A DNA stretch of 64,000 bases from Felis catus. Lineage: Eukaryota. The translations under genes were made by a program, and so were the position numbers. Of the stretch, positions 60,469 through 64,000 are shown one piece after another (the first letter of the stretch is position 1; the number at the start of each line of letters is the position of its first letter). Below the pieces are notes generated by a model that saw only the letters and a list, made by a program, of their open reading frames with translations, ran no database searches and was not told the origin of the DNA. Where the stretch lies: contig NC_058368.1 of NCBI RefSeq assembly GCF_018350175.1, forward strand, positions 95,792,001 through 95,856,000. The letters are read 5' to 3'.

Positions 60469-63400
60469 TTGTAGTTCTCTTTAAATGAGGAGGATGATTT
60501 GAATTCCTGGTTAAACAAACATTTTTCAGTGACAATTAGCAGAGATGAGATTCTATGAAACCCAGCTCCTTATCATCCACCTGTCTTTGCTGCTTTTAGG
60601 CTTCTGAGAGATGTTTACCTTCTCTTCATTGACTAAATGAAGATAGGGCAATTAATTGGTGACAACATTTATGTAAATGTGTCATTTTGAGTACTGAGAC
60701 TTCCTGTTCTTAACTAGTACTTTGTAGAATACCACAAATTACTGAACGAAGTTTTGAGGATGCATAGCTGACTATGTTTCCAAGAGGGAGACAATGGGAA
60801 AGAGAGTTTCTAAGAACTGCAAAGTAACAATCCAGTGCACCTTCTCACTATAAACATCAGTTTGGGAGTTGATCAGTCAGTGTTAATTCTGGAGGCAGGA
60901 GAACAATTTTCGTTGTCAACCAATTGAGTTCTCCACCGCCCCCAGTGAGCCCGGACACTTGGATCAGGGTCTCCATTCACAAAACTTCTATGAGTGAATT
61001 CAACCACCAGAGTGTAGGTTCTCCTGGGCCCAGTGAACTTTTTCCATCTTGTTTATTACTCTTTCTCCAGTGTTTAGAAATAAGTGGTCAATAAAATTTA
61101 AGTGAAAGATTGAAGCCAATGGAAGGCGGCCTTTACGGTAGCTGTTTCTTTTCAACCAGTGCGGATCAATGGTACACTTACTTTTGTTTTCAAGGGGGAA
61201 ATACAAGTAGAGCATACATATTCTAGGGAGTTCAGTCAAAAATAAAATTTTTGTTTACTAACTATCATACCAGTCAGCGGAGATTGACGGAAGTTCACTT
61301 CTCGGTATAGCTAGTTTTGAGTTGACGTGGAAAAGGGTCATTCCATAAGCACAGACACATAATCAATCATTAACACGGATTATAAATGAAAAAGATTTAA
61401 AACCTCTGAAGACAAATGCCCTGTCTTCTTGGCTGATCTGCAGCATGATTGGAACTCAGACTAGTCTCTAGGTCAATTTTTTTTTTCTAGAATGTCAATC
61501 AAATTTGTTTCAAATAATAATATAAATGTAGTGATTTTGTATTTTCTGTGCTATAGCGATTTGGACTTCTGAACATGTCTGTTTCTTTCATATCGTTTAC
61601 CACTATGAGGATACAACATGGCGTATTCCATGACCTGAGAGAATACTTCTGTTACTTGCATGTGTCTTGAGCACGCATGTGTAACTACCTCACCTGGGTG
61701 CAAGACGAGTTGCATTTGGGATTTAAATCATTGTTTTGTAACCTGACAAGATGCTTTGACAGACTGTGAAGACTAAAGCTCCCGTGAAAACCGTTCTCTC
61801 ATTTACTTTCACTTGCTCAATTATTTTGAGCCTTACCCAAAACAGGGATTCATCACCTCCAGAGAGACGTCAGAAGATGTCAAGATGTAGATTTGTCTTT
61901 TTTATCCTTGCCTTGCAAATGAGATTCCATTGTCAAAATGACAGAAGATTCAAGCTGGAGAGAAGCCCCCAGAAAAATGTGAGAGCTTCCTCACCGTATG
62001 AGTTGCAACTGGCCTATTAATAAGTGTTCACTCATGTTGGGCCTGACCTCAACCCCATGACCGGACTTCTGGACAGAACCTTCACAATTGCCAATCAGAT
62101 GCATGAATACACAAATTATATGGGGATATATTTGAAAAAGGTATGAGACAGGTTCCTTACATCAGCTATTGATTTGTCCTCTTTTGAACTTCAAAGAACT
62201 TCTCTAGTGGGTAACTTTGTGACATGGAAGCCAATAAAAACAAAAAGAAGTGTTGTTTATAGTGACCTCATTATGCTCAGTGTTCAGATAATGATCTGGG
62301 TCTTGCAGCGAAGGCTTTGATCTGGGGGGATTGTGCTAGAAATGTTTCTGAACCAGGTTTTCCTGTGGCGTGAAAATAATTTTGTGTTGCTGTGTGTGCA
62401 GCAAACAAGCTTCATTTGGTTAAGGGGGCTCTTTATCCGGTTTTGTTTACTCTGGATCTAAGAGCTTTTGATTCTAATATATCAAGTAAAATCTGTGTTC
62501 TCGACACTGTGGTTGACTCCTCGACACTGAGGCCAGCTTGGACTCTTCGTCTAAGTTAGCCATGAGGACTTAATTTCTGTTGCCAGCAATATGTGTCGTC
62601 GGGGTCACATGACCAAATTCTTGCTACCGAGAAACCAGAGTTTTGACATAAAGAACCCATACTCCTAAGAAAAGTCCCAGGGTACCCTTGCCGCAAACGA
62701 ACGTCGGCAGTATGAAAATGAGAGCGGGGACAATGGCAGCTTCCTTGCAAATTGGGTAAAGAAGTAGCTGACAGCCTGGAGACAGAAAGACCCTGGGCCC
62801 TTGTCACCATCACCTAGCGGCTTAGAACCCACGGTACTCAAGTCCTTGAGTTTTGTTTTGTTGTGTTTTGTGTGCGTTTTTTATGTTTGCAGGAGATAAA
62901 ACACTTTCTTACTCATGAATTCCGCGTAAGTTGATTCTTCTATTACCTACACCCCAAAACGCCCCGGTAAAGATAGATCAGTAGCATGGACCCATGTTAC
63001 GAACTCTGTGTTGTGATTGGTAGGCGGGTGCTCGAATTTTAGATTTTAGAGGAGGACGAAGGATGGAAAGGGGTTTCTGCGAATAGCTCTGAAGGACACT
63101 TGTATGCATTTGTCTAGAACGGGTTTAGAAGAAATATTTGCAACCAGTTCCCTGGCCCATGTGGCTAAGGGAAGGATTGTGTCTCAACCTACATCCCCGG
63201 GCAATGTGCCACAATGACTTGTCCCACCCAAAATGCACCGGGACAGGTGCTTCGGGATTTAATGCACTGATAAAAGTGATGAAGGTGATATTGCAGCCCA
63301 CAGTTTATCAATTGATTTCTCTCTGGGGATTTGCTCTTCTAAACTGTGTCCCCCGCCCTCCGCTGGGTAATAGCTGTGATCCTGGGCTTTTATCTTGTTC

Positions 63401-63603
63401 TTTTGAGTACGCAGTGTCCTCTTTGTCTATATTTGTACACTAGTTGACAGCTGCATCTTCTGTATGAGCGCAGAAGGGTCACTGAATATTGGGACATTTG
63501 AGGTTGAATTGAAATCCCATTTTGGCAAGAAAACTTCCTACTGGAAAAAAAGAGCCAAAAATGAATGTCACATAGTACAAAACATGAGGGCCATGGTGCT
63601 TCC

Positions 63604-64000
63604 TGTCCTAGCCTGGGGTTTCCCCATGACAGAGCTAAAGACCAGGGCTTGCCTCCAGGTAGTTAATTTGTGAGGCAGCCCCAGGGAGCAGAAGTAAGAG
63701 GCTAAAGGGAGTAAAAAGTAATTTCAGAGAAGGGGAATGTGATTTTAGAAAGATGTACAATTGGGGCGCCAGAGCGTCTCAGTCGGTTAAGAGTCCGACT
63801 TCAGTTCAGGTGAGTTCGAGCCCCGCGTCGGGCTCTGTGCTGACAGCTCAGAGCCCGGAGCCTGCTTCCGATTCTGTGTCTCCCTCTCTCTCTGTCCCTC
63901 CTCTGCTCACACTCTGTCTCCCTCTCTCTCTCAAAAATAAATAAACATTAAAACGTTAAAAAAAGAGAAAGGTGTATAATCACTCCCACTGTGGGCAACT
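63604..64000 (-). mobile_element. LTR33-like ERV-L LTR, interrupted by a SINE and running off the window
   Basis: tgtcctagcctggggtttcccc..gtagttaatttgtgagg..cccagggagca..actgtgggcaact matches the reverse of LTR33 as I recall it. Confidence 0.75.
63763..63965 (+). mobile_element. SINEC_Fc-type SINE with short internal deletion
   Basis: ggggcgccagagcgtctcagtcggttaag head; TSD agaaag(a/g)tgta(c/t)aat. Confidence 0.93.

Noticed and set aside
343..63944. Many similar ORFs such as AQSVERPTSAQVMIS...SGSVLTAQSLEPASDSVSPSL
   Set aside because: These are translations of Can-SINE bodies, not a gene family.
1..64000. Identity of a host gene, a promoter or CpG island, or a novel multi-gene system
   Set aside because: No recognisable coding exon or CpG island. 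Naming a gene would need a genome alignment, and nothing in the sequence supports a new system.

Overview
Mammalian genomic DNA, almost certainly from a felid. It carries about 42 tRNA-derived Can-SINEs of the feliform SINEC_Fc type, several of them young with intact target-site duplications (TSDs). I found no protein-coding gene, RNA gene or CpG island that I can support, and the window reads as intronic or intergenic. Nearly all ORFs in the track come from SINEs, L1, microsatellites or chance. The largest recognisable element is a decayed ERV-L provirus (LTR16-like LTR plus gag, protease, RT and integrase remnants, ~36.5-42.6 kb), later interrupted by an L1 and SINEs. Other repeats are several L1 fragments (all inserted on the minus strand, one with a twin-priming inversion), MaLR (MLT1) and LTR33 LTRs, hAT transposons (MER58A, MER45A, MER5-like), MIR/L2 relics and microsatellites. 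Points worth a second look: an AT-rich palindrome at 16.15-16.31 kb, a perfect 74-bp tandem duplication, nested and inverted SINE clusters, several repeat-poor blocks with transcription-factor motifs, and a few exon-like segments, the best being a 33-nt in-frame candidate at 62893-62925. Repeat family names come from my recall of consensus sequences, and boundaries of old repeats are approximate. I see no evidence for a new biological system.
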